A stretch of DNA of 64,000 nucleotides, taken from the NCBI GenBank assembly GCA_035512495.1, contig DATKDW010000083.1, positions 6,045-70,044 of the forward strand. The letters are read 5' to 3'. Origin of the DNA: Acidimicrobiales bacterium. GTDB lineage: Bacteria > Actinomycetota > Acidimicrobiia > Acidimicrobiales > CADCSY01. Below the pieces are notes generated by a model, which was not told the DNA's origin, ran no database searches, and saw nothing but the letters and a program-made list of their open reading frames with translations. The position numbers were made by a program, and so were the translations under genes. Each line of letters starts with the position of its first letter. Within the stretch, counting starts at the first letter, position 1. Positions 62,498 to 64,000 of the stretch are shown here, in pieces.

Positions 62498-63535
62498 TCA
62501 GGTGAGCCGGATCCGTCCCTCGCCGGCCCTGGCCGCGCCGACCACGGCGGCGGCGTGGCCGCTCGAACGTAGCGTCTCCACCATCCCCGGGGCGGCCTCG
62601 GGCGCCAGCCCCACCAGCAGCCCACCCGACGTCTGGGCGTCGGCCAGGAGGGTGACGGTGACATCGTCGACGCCACCACGGTCGAGGCGGTCCTCGACCC
62701 ACTCGAGGTTCCGTCCCGTGCCCCCCGGCACCACGCCGGCCTCGGCCAGGGCGCGGGCTCCGGGCAGGAGGGGCACCGCCGGGCTGTCGATGACCACGTC
62801 GACCCCCGACTCGTCGGCCATGCGCCGGAGGTGGCCGAGGAGGCCGAAGCCCGTCACGTCGGTGGCGCCGGTGGCGCCGGCCTCGACCGCCAGGCGGGCG
62901 GCCACGTCGTTGAGGCGCACCATCGAGGCCACCGCCGCTTCGACCGAGGCGGGGTCGGCCCCGTCGCGCTTGATGGCGGTGGTGATCACCCCGGTCCCGA
63001 GCGCCTTGGTGAGGACCAGGGCGTCGCCGGGTCGCAGCCCGGCGTTGGTGAGGAGGTGGTCGGGGTGGACCTCGCCCACCACGGCCAGGCCGTACTTGGG
63101 CTCGGGGTCGTCGACGGTGTGACCGCCCGCGATGACGAAGCCGGCCGCGGACGCCACGTCGGCGCCGCCCGCCAGCACCTCACCGAGCAGGTCGGTGGAC
63201 AGCTCGTCGACGTTCCACCCCACGAGGTTCAGCGCCAGCAGCGGCCGGCCGCCCATGGCGTAGACGTCGGAGACGGCGTTGGTGGCGGCGATGCGGCCCC
63301 AGGTGCGCGCGTCGTCGACCACCGGCGTGATGAAGTCGGCGGTCACCACCAGGGCGCGGTCGTCGGCGACGCGCCAGACGGCGGCGTCGTCACCCGTGGC
63401 GGCGCCCACGAGGAGGTCGGGGTGGTCGATCGGGGCCATGCGGCGCAGCACCTGCGCCAGCTCGCCGGGGGCGAGCTTGCCCGCTCAACCAGCCCCGTGG
63501 CTGAACTCGGTCAGCCGACGGCTGTGGCGGTCCAC
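62498..63535 (-). CDS. selD: selenide, water dikinase (selenophosphate synthetase) with an in-frame UGA (predicted selenocysteine) at codon 17
   Basis: The ORF track starts at 63451. The same frame upstream reads VDRHSRRLTEFSHGAG-TGA-AGKLAPGELAQVLRRM, matching the E. coli SelD N-terminus (RLTQYSHGAGCGCKISP). The TGA (63485-63487) falls at the catalytic Cys17 position. GTG 63535 follows GGAGGGGAG. Total length is 1038 nt in frame. Confidence 0.8.
63455..63487 (-). promoter_or_regulatory. candidate bacterial SECIS hairpin immediately 3' of the selD UGA
   Basis: The mRNA reads UGA GCG GGC AAG CUC GCC CCC GGC GAG CUG GCG. CAAGCUCGCC pairs with GGCGAGCUGG (8 contiguous bp, one mismatch, then 2 more bp) around a CCC loop. 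Confidence 0.45.
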
Positions 63536-63630
63536 GCTCCCCTCCCCTCGTCCGGACGGCGTGCTGGCGGTCGCCCCGGATGCTAACGGTGCCGGACGCG
63601 AGGCGAGCCAGCCTGGGTAGGGTCGCTCGC

Positions 63631-64000
63631 ATGGCCGCCAGCACCGTCCAGGTCGACGTCCACCTCGGACCCGCCGACCTCACCGCCGCCCTCCTCGAGG
63701 AGGCCCGGGTGGGGCTGGGGTCCCAGCCGAAGGCCCTCTCCCCCAAGTGGCTCTACGACGAGCGGGGCTGCGACCTGTTCGACCAGATCACCCGCCTCGA
63801 CGAGTACTACCCCTTCCGTCGCGAGCGCTCAATCCTCCAGGCCCGGGCCGCCACGATCGCCGAGGCCACCGGCGCCGACACCCTTGTCGAGCTGGGCTCG
63901 GGGACCTCGGAGAAGACCCGGCTGCTGCTCGACGCGCTGGCCGGCGCCGGCACCCTCGAGCGCTTCGTGCCCTTCGACGTGAGCGAGCCCACGCTGCGGG
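63631..64000 (+). CDS. egtD: L-histidine N-alpha-methyltransferase (hercynine synthase), N-terminal 123 codons; continues beyond the window
   Basis: Not in the ORF track because there is no stop in the window. The translation ...LSPKWLYDERGCDLFDQITRLDEYYPFRRERSIL...ADTLVELGSGTSEKTRLLLDAL...FVPFDVSE closely matches my recollection of mycobacterial EgtD. Confidence 0.8.
   Translation, partial: MAASTVQVDVHLGPADLTAALLEEARVGLGSQPKALSPKWLYDERGCDLFDQITRLDEYYPFRRERSILQARAATIAEATGADTLVELGSGTSEKTRLLLDALAGAGTLERFVPFDVSEPTLR

Noticed and set aside
1-64000. CRISPR arrays, rRNA genes, transposases or IS elements, and phage structural genes.
   Set aside because: No regularly spaced direct repeats with unique spacers were seen. 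No rRNA-like conserved stretches were seen. No DDE or tyrosine/serine recombinase motifs appeared in any plausible ORF.

Overview
This is a high-GC chromosome segment of actinobacterial type. Supporting markers include LLM/F420-type oxidoreductase, a mycothiol-type isomerase fragment, a DUF222-HNH fragment, EgtD, an LPXTG protein and actinobacterial-style ferredoxin. All calls come from reading the sequence and ORF translations by eye; no searches were run.

The window splits into two parts.

(1) About 455-17374 is an accessory patchwork.
- It holds many small, mostly unrelated genes for small-molecule or macromolecule modification: 4 intact GNAT genes, 2 SAM methyltransferases, a sulfotransferase, an APH-type kinase, 3 small P-loop kinases and a GT2.
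- It also has several gene remnants.
- A family of GC-rich intergenic repeats sits just 3' of many of these genes.
- It ends with a RelE/Phd toxin-antitoxin pair and a roughly 40-nt tRNA 3' remnant.
- The region looks lower in GC than the rest, but this was judged by eye and not computed.
- No integrase, transposase or intact tRNA was seen.

(2) 17395-64000 is mostly core metabolism and housekeeping.
- Genes include a TauD/LLM/CMD/SDR group, trkHA, pepF, murF/ddl, gltB, a GntR regulator next to aconitase, citrate synthase, an acyl-CoA carboxyltransferase, qor, an acyl-CoA dehydrogenase and a universal stress protein.
- A short degenerate island lies at 25.8-27.6 kb.

The most interesting items are:
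- The repeat-punctuated accessory region.
- A translationally coupled four-gene lipid-type operon at 37013-43106: fatty-acyl reductase fused to HAD-IB, a Zn alcohol dehydrogenase, a LarA-like DUF2088 protein and a PlsC acyltransferase.
- A selD gene whose true N-terminus is missed by the ORF track because it contains an in-frame TGA at the catalytic Cys/Sec position. This selD is divergent from a partial egtD at the window edge, so the locus may be selenoneine-type.
- A canonical C2H2 zinc finger fused to a USP-like domain.

No rRNA, intact tRNA or CRISPR array was found. The very long R/G/P/A-rich ORFs lying antisense to real genes are treated as high-GC artefacts.
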